Notes: generated by a model from the letters alone, not told the origin. Positions 26,999-60,804 are shown, counted from the stretch's first letter. The stretch is DNA of 64,000 nt from Chrysomallon squamiferum (GCA_012295275.1 CM022665.1:7936001-8000000), one strand, 5' to 3'. Made by a program: numbers and translations.

Positions 26999-27978
26999 AA
27001 TATAAATTAAATATAAATGACAGCATCACATGCAGTTGTTCTCAAAAGCACATAAACAAAGACAGATATTTACTATAACAATGTCAACTGAATGTGGTTT
27101 TCTATAAAACACCTATTTGCAAAGCTATCCTGATGATAATGTCATACTGAGAATAATTAACTGAATTCTCTGTTGTTGTTTTTTCATGTTTCAATGCAGA
27201 TTTTTCAGATGTGACAATACATTTTAACAACCTCATTAATCTTGTAGTTTTCAGATTACTTTAAACTGGTTTGACATTTTTATCTGGATTGTTTTATTTG
27301 TTTTCATATTATCTTCTCCAGAAATCAGTATCCAGGGTCATTGTGGCTGACTTGAGTAAAAATAGGTGTAATATTAGGAAACTGTAATGACTTTAAAATA
27401 TTAGTAAGGGTAAAAATGTTATGACACTTTTATTAGAACTGTCACTGACTATAAATAGATGTAACTGCTCTGGTCTATATTTTTTACCTGATCATCAAAT
27501 TAACTGGCAAAATAAAAACAGTAGAAAGTCAGCATAAAGCTGTATTGGAGTTAACATGTGGTTAAATTAAATTGCAGTTAAATTAAATTTAATCATTACA
27601 TAGAAGAAAACTTAAGATTAATTGATAACAAGATGTAATTTAATCAATAATGTATTCTTTGTTGTTATTTACCCCTTCTTCCCAACAGTCAACAAGTTTT
27701 TCAATGCCTCTGCAATAAATTTGAATCAGTTATGAACCGCAATGACTTATTCCTCAACCCAATATTTTGTACAATTTCAAGTGTTTTGTTCATTACAATA
27801 CTCTCATGAGATTAATCTTGATATAGATAATATTCAGAGTAAGCACAGCTGATAGCAGTTTTGAAAGTCATTTATTTCTTTACACAGTAGGTAATAAGAT
27901 ATGAAACGGGGGATTTCACTAATATGAAGATATTCTTGTACATATATATGCATTTGGATTTTAAATCTTACTTTTTTC

Positions 27979-28011
<33 letters not shown>

Positions 28012-28077
28012 GTTATTATTATTATCATTATTAGTGAATAAACAGTATTAATAGAGAAAAAGACACACACTAAAAAG

Positions 28078-28144
28078 TTCCTGATGCTGGAAACTGAACC
28101 ACCTTGGTGAAAGCCAGGGATCCTAACCACTTGATCACACTTGA
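28078..28144 (-). pseudogene. tRNA-Glu(TTC)-derived pseudogene or SINE head
   Basis: Minus strand TCAAGTGTGATCAAGTGGTTAGGATCCCTGGCTTTCACCAAGGTGGTTCAGTTTCCAGCATCAGGAA aligns to animal tRNA-Glu (GGTTAGGAT.CCTGG.TTTCACC.AGG) but has a short deletion before the T-arm, a damaged B box and a broken acceptor stem. Confidence 0.7.
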
Positions 28145-30923
28145 TATATAACAGTCACGACTAGTTATAATAGATATATTTTGTTGTGGAAAAGGAGGAA
28201 GTGTGATCTTTTTGTTCACTAATCTCAATTTATTAATTGAAACTACTGCAGTACTAAAGGTTATACAAAAATTTTTAACAAAAGTAAGAAAATTTTAGGT
28301 GTTATTATATATATTTTTTAACAATAGTATTTTTATCAGAATGTCAGTGGTGTTAAACAGTTCAAATAAGATAATTTTTTTTAAATAAATAAAAAATTTT
28401 GGAGGATCAATCCATTTTTTTTTTTTAAACTTTTGTATGGACAAAACCAGAAATTTTGCTTTATATATATATTTTAACATACACATCATCTTCAATTTTA
28501 AAAAATAAAATGAAAATTTTTAAATGAAAACCATTATATTTAAAAAAAGAAAAAAACATTTTTTTATGCATATAAAACAGAAAAAACAAATATTAAAAAA
28601 CATATAAAACATCAGATTGTTGTAATTAATGCAAATGGTGTTTCTCACTAGATTTAAATTTAGTTATCCTATGAGTTATGATCATATTGAATAATAATAA
28701 AATTGTTGTATTATTATTCTATTCAGGCAATAATAAATATATTTTTATTTCTATGCAATGACGACATCAGGAATTCAAATGAGTAGTTGGCATATAAGGA
28801 CTTAGTAAGAACAATTTAACAAAAAAGTAATAATAATAATAATAAATAAATAGCTATTATTATACAGTGTATTGCTAATTTAAACAAGATCAAAATTTAA
28901 ATAAAAGCAAAACAAACTCAAAGAAAATCAATTACATGTATCCAGTTTTTATTTATTCTGAAAACATGACATTACAATGGAAAAAATAGCAGAATCTTTA
29001 ACACACACACACACGTATATATTTGAAGTTCTTTCATAAATTCTGAATGCAGAATAAATAGATAATATAACAGAAGTAAATATTTTATATTCATGAAATT
29101 TGAAAAAATTAATTCATTTTATCGTGTATTACATTCACCTTTTAATATTTTATTAAAATGAAATTATAAAATTATGAGAATACTGATCACATTCATTGTT
29201 CAGTTAAAAGCCGTAATTGTAACCGTACCAGTTTAAATAAACAAAAATCCTAAATACTTTGAAAACTATAAAACTGTTTTAAATCATTCTTCATATTAAT
29301 GTTTAACAATTTCATTTACAAGAAAAATAGATTACTGTAAATTTCAAAACACAAAATAAAGTGTTTTTTTTAAAATTCTCTCTTGAAAAAAAAAAATATA
29401 ATTAATGATTGAACTTTAATAACTGAATGTAAAAAGAACATCAGTTAATAACAAAAATAACAATGTTTAATTGTTATTAATTTAAAAATTATTTATCAAC
29501 AATAAATGATTCAGATAATATATTTACATGTGACACAAAAATATGTAAACAACTTCTTCATGAACATTAAACCACTTAAAACTAATTAGTTTTCTTACAA
29601 GTTGATTGTTTTTCAGAATCTGATAATCTCTATGACAGTGCTCACATTTTTTTCTATTTACAGTCTGAATTAGATCTTAACTTTTTATTATATAAGTCTG
29701 TTTTACAGTAATCCAACAGGTAACAGAAAACACAATACAGTTCAGAACTAAATTATATTATTTCAAATGCTCATAAAACTAATAACACATCTTATATTTA
29801 AAACATAATAAATTCATTTTTATTTATAATTAATGTGATAAGGAGTACAATTAAAGAATGGTCAATAGAAGACTGAAATTAAATTACAGAAAGAATATAA
29901 ACTAAATTCCAAACTGTTGTACAGAAAAATATCACACATATATACAATTTGTGAAAATATATAATGCAGAACAAAGAAGTAAATGTAACAAATTATAAAA
30001 TTTATAAAACTGAAACTATAATTGGTACAATATGTAGAAAATATGTAGAAAAGATGCTAAATAAATTTAATTAATTTAATTAACAATAAAAAATATTTAC
30101 ATTCTGTTTAAACCTTAAATACATATTTAATTATAAATTTAAATATCAGTTTATTTTTACATTTTTACATAATCAGTAAACAGAAGACTAAAGTCCAGTT
30201 TAAATAAAATTCACATAAATATATATTATATATAATTGTTTAAAAAAAAAAAAGATCAAAAATTAAAAATACACATTGTGTAAAACAAATGTCATCACAA
30301 CTGCAAGATTCAGTAATATAATCATTTATTATAATATTGATAAATTTAAAGTATACCTATGGAGATATGAAGAAAAAGTCTAACTATATTCTGCATTCAT
30401 CTATGCTACATTTTTTTTTTTTTTTTTTATCCAGTGTTTATTAATGGTGAAATGCTACAACAAAAATATGTGGGCACTGCCATGTTTCCACAATCACAAC
30501 TGTATCATTACATGTACAGGGTAGATCTATTTGTTGTAAAATTTTATCTCATGTCAGAAATATACAGCTATTTGTCTGTCTGGTATACAGTGAAATTGGG
30601 ACTTCATTAAGGTGCCTTGTAACAGCTTTATTTTTTTGTAATACTTTGTTATGAGTGATAACTGTTCACCCAAAACAATAAAATAATTTAGTGCAAATCA
30701 TTTTGTTAGACCATTTATTCATATTACCACAGGTACATTTTAAAGCAACACCTTTCCAGATTTCACTGAATTTGTTTCTATGTTTTCCCAGAGAGAATTC
30801 TAAAACCTAACCAGGTATTTTGAAGACTTCTTACCTACAGATATTGAAATAAAATAAAGTTGTAAAGCAAAAGCTTTTGCTTACTGTCCAAACTGAAAGA
30901 AAATGATTTGTATAAACAGCTTA

Positions 30924-49648
<18,725 letters not shown>

Positions 49649-50486
49649 GCTATTTCACTAAATACATGAATTCAGTATAAACATTTACTTTCTATAATGA
49701 ATTATTTTTTATATCTGTTCATTCTATGATCCAAAAAAACAACAACAAAAAACAACTGGTAAATCTGTTACACACATGAATTTATTTATAATTGTATTTC
49801 TATAACACTCAAGTTCTGAGATATTTAGCTGTTTTCTTGTGGTCACTAAATTTAAGCAAACAGGTATTTAGTAATTTCAAAGCCTCTTGTCTAACCCTTA
49901 AAAAGGTGTTTTTTGTTGAATGTATATTTGTAATATTACATTCACGTAACATTGAACCTTAAGGTTGACTATACAGTGTTATATATAAAATTATTACAGT
50001 AATACTCAGTAACTGAGTAAGCTGGGATAGATTTTTATATAGATTTGGGAGTTTTATTAGTAGGCAGTCTGAAGTGGATTCTTAATTAAGTCATTGGACG
50101 TATATTGGTATCTGTAACTTGTGTAAGAAAATATATTTCGTTATTGTTGTTGACAAAATGATGGGTATACTGCTATACATATAAAATAACGTGACTCGTG
50201 AACGTTCACAGAAAGTGGAGAAATACTGAACACTGCAATTAAATACGTAGTTCGGACTATATATTAATTTATAGAACAGAATTTTTGTTAGAAGCAAAAC
50301 AAATGTTAATTACTTAATCAGTTAATTTAATGTATCACATTCAATGATTCATGATATTCATCATATTGTGCATAATCCGTTACAAGGTAATTTATAGTAT
50401 TTTAATTTAACCGATTGACTCCGAAGCGTGACACAATCAACAATACCAACAGTATTTTCCACAACAACAACAACAAAAAAAGCGGT

Positions 50487-50501
50487 TTCGAATCATCCGC
50501 C
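50487..50501 (-). promoter_or_regulatory. CDE/CHR-like cell-cycle element facing POLQ
   Basis: Minus strand reads GGCGG-ATGA-TTCGAA: CDE core, 4-nt spacer, CHR variant. Confidence 0.55.
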
Positions 50502-50923
50502 TTTCCCTCAAGTTTGCCTCGTTAACGCCACCTGCGTGAATTTTCGAGATCATAATTTGACTTTTTATTCATATAACTTCTGACAGACTGTTATAAATTG
50601 TAAAATATATTTTGCTTGGAACAGGATAATTTATTCATTTATTGTTTGCTTGTTGGTTAATGAAAGAGGGAAAAGAATAAAAAAGAGAGCAAATAGAAAG
50701 AAAAGAGAAGAAGAAAACAAAGATAAAGAAAGAATGACGAAAAGAAATGTATGAGAAAAAATGCATCCTATGGTATTAATCATGGAGCTAAATTAAAATA
50801 ATATACTCAGGTAAAATATAAACCTTATTTATTTATGAAAAGCAGGCCACTTGGACTCTGATGCATCGAATGCTATAATAATTTGCCCTATTTGTAACTA
50901 GTTATTAGTAGCTCCGCAAATCG

Positions 50924-50977
50924 TTTGAAGATCCTAATTTTATATTTTCGTATTAAAGTATTGGCGGTAAATTTGGT
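50924..50977 (+). promoter_or_regulatory. CHR and E2F-like elements facing CHAF1B
   Basis: TTTGAA at 50924-50929; TTGGCGGTAAA (E2F-like) at 50961-50971 followed, 4 nt after GGCGG, by CHR-like TTTGGT. Confidence 0.5.
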
Positions 50978-51425
50978 ATAGTTGTGAAGGAACCGGAGGA
51001 TTTTTATAATTTATATAAACAAAAGTATGTAGAAATGTATAAATTAATCCACGACAAATGTTGAATGTTTTGCTGTTGTTAATGCTTGTTATAAATCTAT
51101 TTCTATTTTAATTTGTAGATTAATTAAGTAAGGAAAGAAGAGTAATAATTTTTTATCACTTTATCTGTGAAATTTTATGAATCTCGATCAGATCACCACA
51201 GTTCACAATACCATTAAAACAATGAATTTTTATAATATATAAAAAAATGATTTTGTTTGTTTTCCTTTTATACTTTTATTTAATATTACTGGAACGTTGA
51301 CAGCTTACTTAAAAATAAATGTACTTCAGAATTAAAATAGATTCTAGAGTTAATCTAGATCGGTAGAGGTAAACAATATTAATAATGATATTGATAATTA
51401 ATATCTGTAATTTTTCCATTTCCAG

Positions 51426-54400
51426 ATGAAGGTTATTACTCCCATGATCTGCTGGCATGAACGTGAACCAATTTACAGCGTCGATCTTCAGCCTGGAAAT
51501 CACAGGATCCAGCGACTTGCCACAGCATGTGTCGACAAAACTGTTAGGGTTTGTGAATTTTTATTTTTATTTTTTTTTTTAAATAAAATTATATTTACTG
51601 TCAACAGTAAAACTATCAAATCTTATTTCATTTTTTAAATAAATGTTTAAAAATTGGTGATCTTGAAATTTCGGTCTATCTCTTGTTAGCAGAGTCAGAG
51701 ATTTGATTCAATATTTTTCTACTAATATTTATTTTAATACTAGTATTACTACTATTGACTTTTCAGTGACAAAAGTGTGTTTTCAGACCTGATCTATTAT
51801 GGTGGATTCTTCCTTAAAGCCATCACACCCAGCATTTCCATTATATTTTTAAATATGTTTTCATAAGTTACAAGTTTAAATTTTTAGTTAAATACAGGAA
51901 TGTTACTTTTGGTTTTGCTTTATCATATATAGTAGGTATGTGACAAAATTAAAAAAGATATCATTTTCCTATTAAACTATATATCATCAGAAAGAACAAA
52001 AAAAAACACCCAGCAGATTAAAAGGACATCAAGTTGATAGCATTGATATCAACAGTTAGCCAGTATTTTTCCATCAGAATCTATGGAGAAACTGTGATTG
52101 ATTTCCTTCATTTGTCAGCATAAAAATTGAATATATTATATCTGTAAATTGAAATCAATATATATCATTATATGTATTATATATCAAAATGAAGCTTTAG
52201 GTGAATTCTAGACCTATACAGTATTTGTTAGAATGTTGCTAACATTCCTCAGTTTTAATGAATTAATTGACTGCACTAATTATCCCATATATACCTTATA
52301 CCTTAGCTCTGTAATTCCTAGAAATGAATCCAGTATACAAAAATATCATTTTATAAGACTGATGAATTGTAGAGACCTTTTCATTTTCAAGCATTTTGTT
52401 AGCATTCATTATTTTTATCTGTTAATACTTAATTAATAACATTAACTAGCATTAATTTGCCTTATGACTTTCTTCATAATCATCATCTTTATCAGAAAGA
52501 ATATATTATCTAAAATAGAAATATTATAACAAATTATTACTAGATCAAAGAAAATAAATGAAACATCAAACTTTTCAGACATTGTATGAAATTTGGTGGG
52601 CTGAGAGAAATGAATAATTTATAATTTGTATATGATTTAAAGTCCCAAATATGCTATGCTTAATCACATTTTGAAATGGTAAATTAGTCTGTTGATTTAC
52701 CATTGTTTATCAAATATCATGTGTCAAAAAATGACTACCGTGATGAAGCTGAAAAGGTAAACTGTCATGATGTTTGTCATTTTTGAAAATATGTAACAAT
52801 AAATGAATAATGAAGGAACCCTCTTCAGGGAAAGCAAAATCACATCACAAAAATCAGGTGAGCTCCCGCTGTGACATAGGCAGCTTTTGTCGCATACAGA
52901 TATATAGATATCTAAAATAATAATAATCAAATATTGTTACATTTTAAAATAATTTTCAGATGTGGGAAGTGAAAGTGAAAGATGGAAAATGTGACATTCT
53001 TTTTTTATCAACACTAAGTCGACATTCTAGATCAGTAAATGTCTGCAGATTTTCACCAGATGGTGAGTATATTAGTCATTACTGGAGAGAAAAAGGATTT
53101 TCTTTTCTGTATCAGAAAAGAAAATTTAATTTTAATTTTATAGATTTCATTTATTTAAATGCTTTTAAACTGTAACAACTAATTTTCAGGAAAAGTAACT
53201 TGATATTAGATATATATATACATATTAGAAATCAGTTCCTTGTTTGAATGCAAATTCTTTTTACAAAAAGGCTAAATATATTTAAAAGTAATTATTTTAC
53301 TAAGACTGAAATGGTTTATCTTGGACTGAGAACTGCTTATAACAAATCTTTTTCAGTTTTAGTGTAATATTTCTAAAATTATAGCATTAAAATACTTAAC
53401 ATGATATGATAGTTACTGATTTATAAGTTGTTATTTTAAAAACAATTTGTACTTGGTTTCAGGTTGTACACTGGCATCAGCAGGTGATGGTAAGTTGATG
53501 TTTTGAAATGTATTTTATAATATTAAGATTTAAATTGTTTTCTTTGTATTTAAGAAAATAATACATAAAATCTTGTATAGAAAGATTCCACTTTTTTAGA
53601 ATATTTTGTAAGTTCTAAAAAAAATACTTCATTTAACTTTTTAGATATAATTTGACTTGTTGACAAAAATATATAGCAATACTTTTAATAAAAATGTATC
53701 TAATAGGTGTTTGTTTCTGTTTCAGACTGTACAATTGCATTTTGGAAACTGAATAACACCCACAATCATGGAAATAACATATTTCAAGATTACGATGAAG
53801 AAAATAAAGAGAACTGGGTCACTTTTAAGATGTTACGGTAAGCAGTCTTTTACCCTTCCAGACATTTCTGTTATACTTGATTTATGAAACATTTATGTTG
53901 GTTAACAATTTTAATTATCATATAAGAATTAAAATACAGTTTGAATATTTAAAAACTGACATGATATTACCTAAGATAAAAATGTTATAAGAGACAAAGA
54001 GCTGACATTCTCCTGGTTAAAAGAAATATTATTTAAGTTATTTTAAAATTTTGTATTTCCATCCATTTCAACCTAACTTTATAGATAAATGTTCATTCAT
54101 TGTGTTTCTGAATGAAAAGCTGCTGTTTGCTAAATTAGAAGCAAACTATAACATTTAGTCATCTATTCATTAAGAAAGACAACTCTAATATAATAATATA
54201 AAGTACTGGTAATCAGACTTGCATGTGTTCATAGACATTTAAGGAGAAAATATTGTTAAGACAGTAAGAACATATCTTAACATTTGAGGGAAGACATGTT
54301 AATGAATATCAATAAAATTCGAGAAAACTTTTTATATTCACTAATTTTCAGTTTCGTCACATTCATATTGTGTAGATACCTAACTTTTGATAAATACTTA

Positions 54401-56654
54401 TGTTATGAATAAATGTGATATACACATTAAAAGTATATTTTAGCAATACTCCTGTCATTTTATCTGTTTTGTTTATGTTCAGTGACACAACATTTCTGGA
54501 AAAATCACTTCTGTTTAAATATGTATATCGTCTGCCATTTTGAATCTTTGTTGACATTATGCATACTGGCAGAAAGCTATTTTCACACGGTAATGGCAAA
54601 ACAGGATTTTTTTTTTTTTTTTTTTTTTTACAATATTTGGCAATTTCCATGAATTATCAGTTAGAAAATGAGGCCTTGCTATCTGAAAATTGTCATCTGT
54701 GACTGAGTGTTGTGTAAGTGACAATGATTGGCTAAAACATGTCACATGACTGCAAACCCACACTTATTGTTTATCTATCACCATTGTTTACAGAATTTGA
54801 TCAGCCATTTCACCAATATGTTGCAGAAATAAAATGCCAGACTGTATGTGAAAAGATGTAGTTATTTTAGAGAAATGTCTGAAACAGAAAAGATAAGCTT
54901 TAACATGCTTGAGAGGCTTTGAAAAAAAAAAAAAAAAAATCAAACAACTGTCAAACTCAAACTTCAGTTTTTTCAACTGCTCATTTTTTTTTACTGAACA
55001 GTCATCTCTTTTTGCATAGATTTCCTAAATAACTCTTCCCCATTTTATAACAGAGCAAGAGTTTAAAAAAAAAAAAAAAAAAAAAAATAGGATATAAAAT
55101 TTTTTATCATTCGAAATGTTCATTTGTTGTTTGATTTTGTAAGAATGATTCTACCAAAAAATAGTCATATTGCCCCACCCTCTGTGGGCCCCTTGGGAGT
55201 TCCAATATTTTTTCTGCATTTTTATTTCTTTTCTAATATATAATTGACATTGTATAAAAATGTCACCAAATTTGATAAGAATTTAAAAAGAAAAAATAGA
55301 TTTCACTAGTTTGTGACTTTGTCTTAAAAAAAAAAAAAAATTAATTCCAGAATGACATTGTTTTGTTTATTAGATATTGTTCTTTCAGTTTTAAAAATGT
55401 TCATATTTTTATTTCTTATTTTTTTAAGTAGGGGTCACTTGGAAGATGTTTATGATATTTGCTGGTCATCTGATGGTCGGTTTTTAATATCAGGGTCTGT
55501 TGATAACAGTGCCATTCTCTGGGACATTCAGAATGGTAAATAGGACATTTATGGTATTTCTGCTTTAAAATGGAAACAAATATGTTAATATATATGTATA
55601 TAAAGAACTTAAAATAAAACAAATTCAAGTTCAGATAAAATTAATTTTTTATTCAGAAGACTTTAAACAGAACATGACTTTTATGGAGTAATACATGTTT
55701 AAGATTTATTTCTAGATACAAAACTGGCTATACTGAATGATCACAAGTCGTTTGTACAGGGTGTTGCCTGGGACCCACTCAGTGAATTTGTTGCAACACT
55801 TAGCACAGACAGGTTAGTGGTATTAAATTTTGTTCATTTCTTGTAAAAGAGAATGTTCTAACTATCTGAATAATGTTCTAATAACACTAGTATCAGGAAA
55901 TTAAATAAAAGTTACATATTTGGTTTCATGTTTGGATCTTAAATACTTTTTAAAATCGTAATGATGGGTACTGATGTATAATAACATTTTCTTAGTTTTA
56001 AAAATACAACAAAACAAAACAAAAAGCTTTATAAGTTGTTACTGTAATCCATGTATTATTATATGAAATTATTAATCTGAATTTTATTATTATTACCTTT
56101 TTGTAGGTCTTGTAGAGTTTTTAGTATCGCAGGTAAAAACTGTCTACACAACATAAGCAAGATGACATTACCTCCAAAAAAAGATTCAGATGTGGATGTC
56201 AAACCAAAACATTTCAAAATGTATCATGATGATAGTATTGGTTCCTTTTTTCGCCGACTGTCATTTTCACCATGTGGCCAGTTCTTGATTACCCCTGCAG
56301 GATGTGTGGAACATGCGAACAAAGTTACAAGTGCTACTTTTGTTTTTACACGAAACAATCTCTCCAAGTAAGATAGCTTGTATTTGTTTATTATTTCAAT
56401 GCAGGTTAATATTTTCTCACAGATTTCTACTGTATTTTTTGACGTCTATAAATAATTTTGTTTCCTCCCCAAATTATTAATGAACTTCAAGCATTTTAAT
56501 ATTCTGCCAACTGGACCTGGCACTATTGTTATTCTTTTTATATCATAAGTGGCAACTTCATTTTTGAATAAAATATGTAAAGAGCTTCTAAAGGCCAAGT
56601 AAGAAATTGTTCTTTTCTATTCATAATTATAGCAGCAGCCAAAATATAAAAATG

Positions 56655-56691
<37 letters not shown>

Positions 56692-59600
56692 TTTTATATA
56701 TATATATTAATTAAAAAGAACATTTGTTTACAAACAGAGGGGTGTAAAATGAGTTTACTTTTTGAGTTATGATGTTTTGAAAATTGATGACATGAGCTAT
56801 TTTCACCCACTAATAACAAATATTAACTTTATTAATTAACAAATTATCTTGAGATTTGTTTTACTACTACTAACAAAGTACCTCACAAATTTTCAAAGCT
56901 GAGTATGAAAAATATGGAAAATGTCAATATGAAAACAGAAAAACAAATACATCCAATGATAAATTTGTGACAGTGTATCATTCCATTTCTGATGAGCAGT
57001 GTTGTTTGGGATTTAAAAGCCTGAAATACTCCACATAGGGAGTATCTGTAATGTTTTTTGACAATGATTGTTTTATTCTGTTTGATGATGTCATCTTCCA
57101 AACTTTTGAAAAAGCCCAAAATGACCTGTGCAGACATGAATAGATAACTACCATAACAATAAATGGTCATAATTTCAAACATGTCCAGTGTTACATTGAG
57201 CTGACTTTGAACTTGGCATTTGCAAGGTAGGTATAAAATAGCATACTATGGAAGTCCAAGACTAGCAGCTTCCTTATGTTGAACTAACATTATAACACTT
57301 TCACATCTAAAAACATGGTTATGTAACAGTGAATCACTTGTGATTTGTTAGTTGTGTTTTGAACTTGTACTTTTCAGGTATAGATCCAAGAATGTGTTCT
57401 GAACAATTAGTCTCAGGGTGCTTGTTGCTAGTTGAAAATAAGTGAAATGTGAATAGTCCAATATACTAATGCTGTTCTGTGGAGACATTTAATAATAGTT
57501 CATTCACTTCTTTCAGCATTAATTAAGAATACAATAAAAAAAAATAAAAAAAAAGATCATGAGAAGATAGAACAAAACCTAAAACCATTCTTTTTAATAC
57601 TTCCAAATACGTTGTGTGCTTACCAGCTTTTATCAGTATTGTAATTAATGAGAACATTTTGCCTAATTTTCAGACCAGCTCTGTATTTACCAAGCCCTGA
57701 GAAAGCTACACTGGCAGTCCGAGTGTGTCCTCTGTTGTTTACTTTAAGAAATGAAAAGACTGATTTTGAACCAGGTAAAACATCTACCCCATTTTTTATT
57801 TTTTTAACATAGTGTATGCTTTAATAGACACTGATGAAAAGATTTTAATCGTGTTACGTAGTTTAATATAAATTGTTTACCTACTCAGTTGGCACATTTA
57901 TTAAACTTAATATTAAGATTGTTTTTTTCTTTCTTTGAGGTTACATACTATTATGTTGTGTTTTTAATTATTTTATGTTCTTAATTTAGTAAGTTGTGAA
58001 TGAAATCTTTGTAATGTTATTTAATTAACTATTGAAGACCGTTTAGATTCACTGATTTGAGAATAATATTACACAGTCACCATAAATTAAATATTTAATA
58101 TGTAGCCCACTTAATATCAGTTCAGTATCTTTGTTTTATTTTATTTGCAAAAAAAATTCTTTATTAATATTCAATTTGATTAATATTCAATTTTATTTAT
58201 TTCAGATGAACAGAATAATAATCTGAAAGAATGGGAGAAGTGCTTTACAATGTTTTGGTATGTTAAAACTGTATATTCTTGTATAATCTTGTTTTATTAC
58301 TGCACTAATTTGAGAAATATATATATATTCATAATTATGTCAAGTTTAATAAAATTTATGCTATATTATTATTTATATTTCAGTCTGCCATATCGGGTAG
58401 TGTTCGCTGTTGCTACTGAAGATGCTGTTTTACTGTATGACACTCAACATGCCACACCTTTTGGCTACATCAGCAACATCCACTATCGACAAATGAGTGA
58501 CCTTACATGGTGAGTTCAATATTATCATCTGTCTCAAAATACTTTTCACTTATATATAGTATATATAGTATCTGTTATCCTTGATATGCTTTACATTAAT
58601 TTTTATTTTTCAAAAATAAAAATAAGCATAAACAATAAATACTATTAATAAAAAGAAAACCAAAGTGTGCTTTAATTTAGACTTCTTCCTGAGCACAGTA
58701 AAATGTTTAACAGCTATTGGAATAGATTGATTTGCTTCTATTAGTATTGTGACCATTTATAAGGTAGTTATATAACACCAAATAAAATCATTTATAGTAA
58801 ACATACCCACAAAACATCTTATAAAGCAAAATGTTCTTCAGCTGGTAAATACATTATTTATTTTCTAGGTCACAAGATGGTCTTGTATTGGTCATTTCAT
58901 CCACTGATGGCTACTGTTCTGTTGTTATGTTCGAACCTGGTGAAATTGGTACAGTGTACCAAAAGGAAGACAATAACACTACTTTGCCTTGTGTAACAAA
59001 ATCTCCAATTTCAAAAAGTGATCCAACAGTGTTATTTAGTCCTGATAAAACTGTAAGTGAAAACCTAATAGGAATATCATTATGGGTGTATTTCACTCTT
59101 AAAATGAATGTTATTTTTTATTATTAGCTTTAATTACTTTATTTTTTTATTTTTTTATTTTTTAAACTATTTTTTTAGGTTGTCATTACATATTATTTGT
59201 ACAAAGATACTCTAAAGATGTTAGGAAATAATTACATAGCTGAAAATGGAAAATTAATGATATTTTTTTATTAATTTTAAATTCTTTTCTTACAGATAAT
59301 TTTTTATCTTATTATTTTATATGTATAATCAAATAATGAGATATTTAATTATATTTCCTGAAGATGTTATGAAATAGCATAAATGATTTTATTGTAAAAG
59401 TGAACAAACGCAATTAGCCTGTTATATCTACAGTTCAGTTGTAACATTTTTATCCTCAAAACTATAAACTGCTTTTGAAGAAATGTTTAGGATATTCAAC
59501 AGCCATTTGAAACTTGTCTGAAAGCATGATTACTTTTATGTTAAATTATTCATAAGTTATATTACAACAGAATTTGTTCAGTATTACATATTTGCATATC

Positions 59601-60757
59601 TATGGGCATCTTCAGGTATGGGCACATGCAATCCATATATGCTGTGTGTTGCTGTCAATAAATTTGTTGTGGTTGTGTATGTAAGGGCCCCACATTGTTG
59701 CTTTGCCCTAAGGCCCATAACACTGTTTAGATGGTCTCACATTATCATTTTTAACCTATCTCATCATGAACTTTCTTTGTCTGTTCAAGATATATTTCTG
59801 TGTCAGAGAGTAAAATATTTTGAGCCATTTGTGGTCCTGATGAATAGTTTTCCAATTATAAGTGCAAGAATATCCATCTAATTTTAGCTATATTAGTATA
59901 TTCAGAAAATCTGCAATGAATTTTTTTGTTTGTTTTATTTGTTCCATTTTTAAAGTCCCTGTTTTATCCAAGGATAAAATATATGCAAATGATTTTTCAC
60001 CTTTACTCTAGTTATCTTCAAGTTTACAGCTTTCTTTATACAAGTAGAAGGAAGTTTACAATTTTAAGAAACATTAGGGATTTATATTTCTGGATTAAAA
60101 TTCATACCTATTCCCTGAAGATGTTTTATTGACATCTGTCTAAAGACTATTGAATATAAATGTACAGAAGTCTTCACATTAATTAAAATGCTAAATCCTG
60201 TTAATGGGATGTGAAATAAATACAAGCTTATTTGAAACTGTTTATTGAGCTGAGACCGAGTTCTATTTTTGCATTAATTTTCTACAATAGCTATTTGCCT
60301 AGAGACACACTCTTAGTGCAGAAATGGAACCAATTACACACTGTTATCTCTGAGGTATATGCTTGTCACAACAGTTTGTTTTCAGTTTGGTTGTGGATGG
60401 CAAAAAGACATGCATATCAGTGAGAGCGAGATTATGCTTTGGCTTCTTGCCTATTTAAAAAAAAAAAATCAATATATGTATATTTGTGGTTATTAGGAAC
60501 TAATCTTTATGGGCTGTGCTCTGTTGGTGCAGTAATCCATCTTGATGGAATAGCAAAGAATAAATTAAGGATGGTTTTAGTGTTTGTATGATAATAACAC
60601 ATTAAATAAAGACGTTATCTTTCCTCCAAAAATACTGGCAAATTTGGCAATGCTGATATTTTGGTGGACATGATAAAGAAATATTGTCTTAGATCTATGG
60701 AAATGCCATTAAGCATCTAAAAGATTTGATTGTTTTAGTTATTTATGTTCAGATAAG

Positions 60758-60804
<47 letters not shown>

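Larger units (their letters stand above)
50080..51425. promoter_or_regulatory. Bidirectional promoter region shared by POLQ (-) and CHAF1B (+)
   Basis: Start codons diverge 1.78 kb apart; CpGs are visibly retained here against a depleted background; CHAF1B ATG is directly preceded by an acceptor (tttccag|ATG), implying an upstream 5'UTR exon in this interval. Confidence 0.7.
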
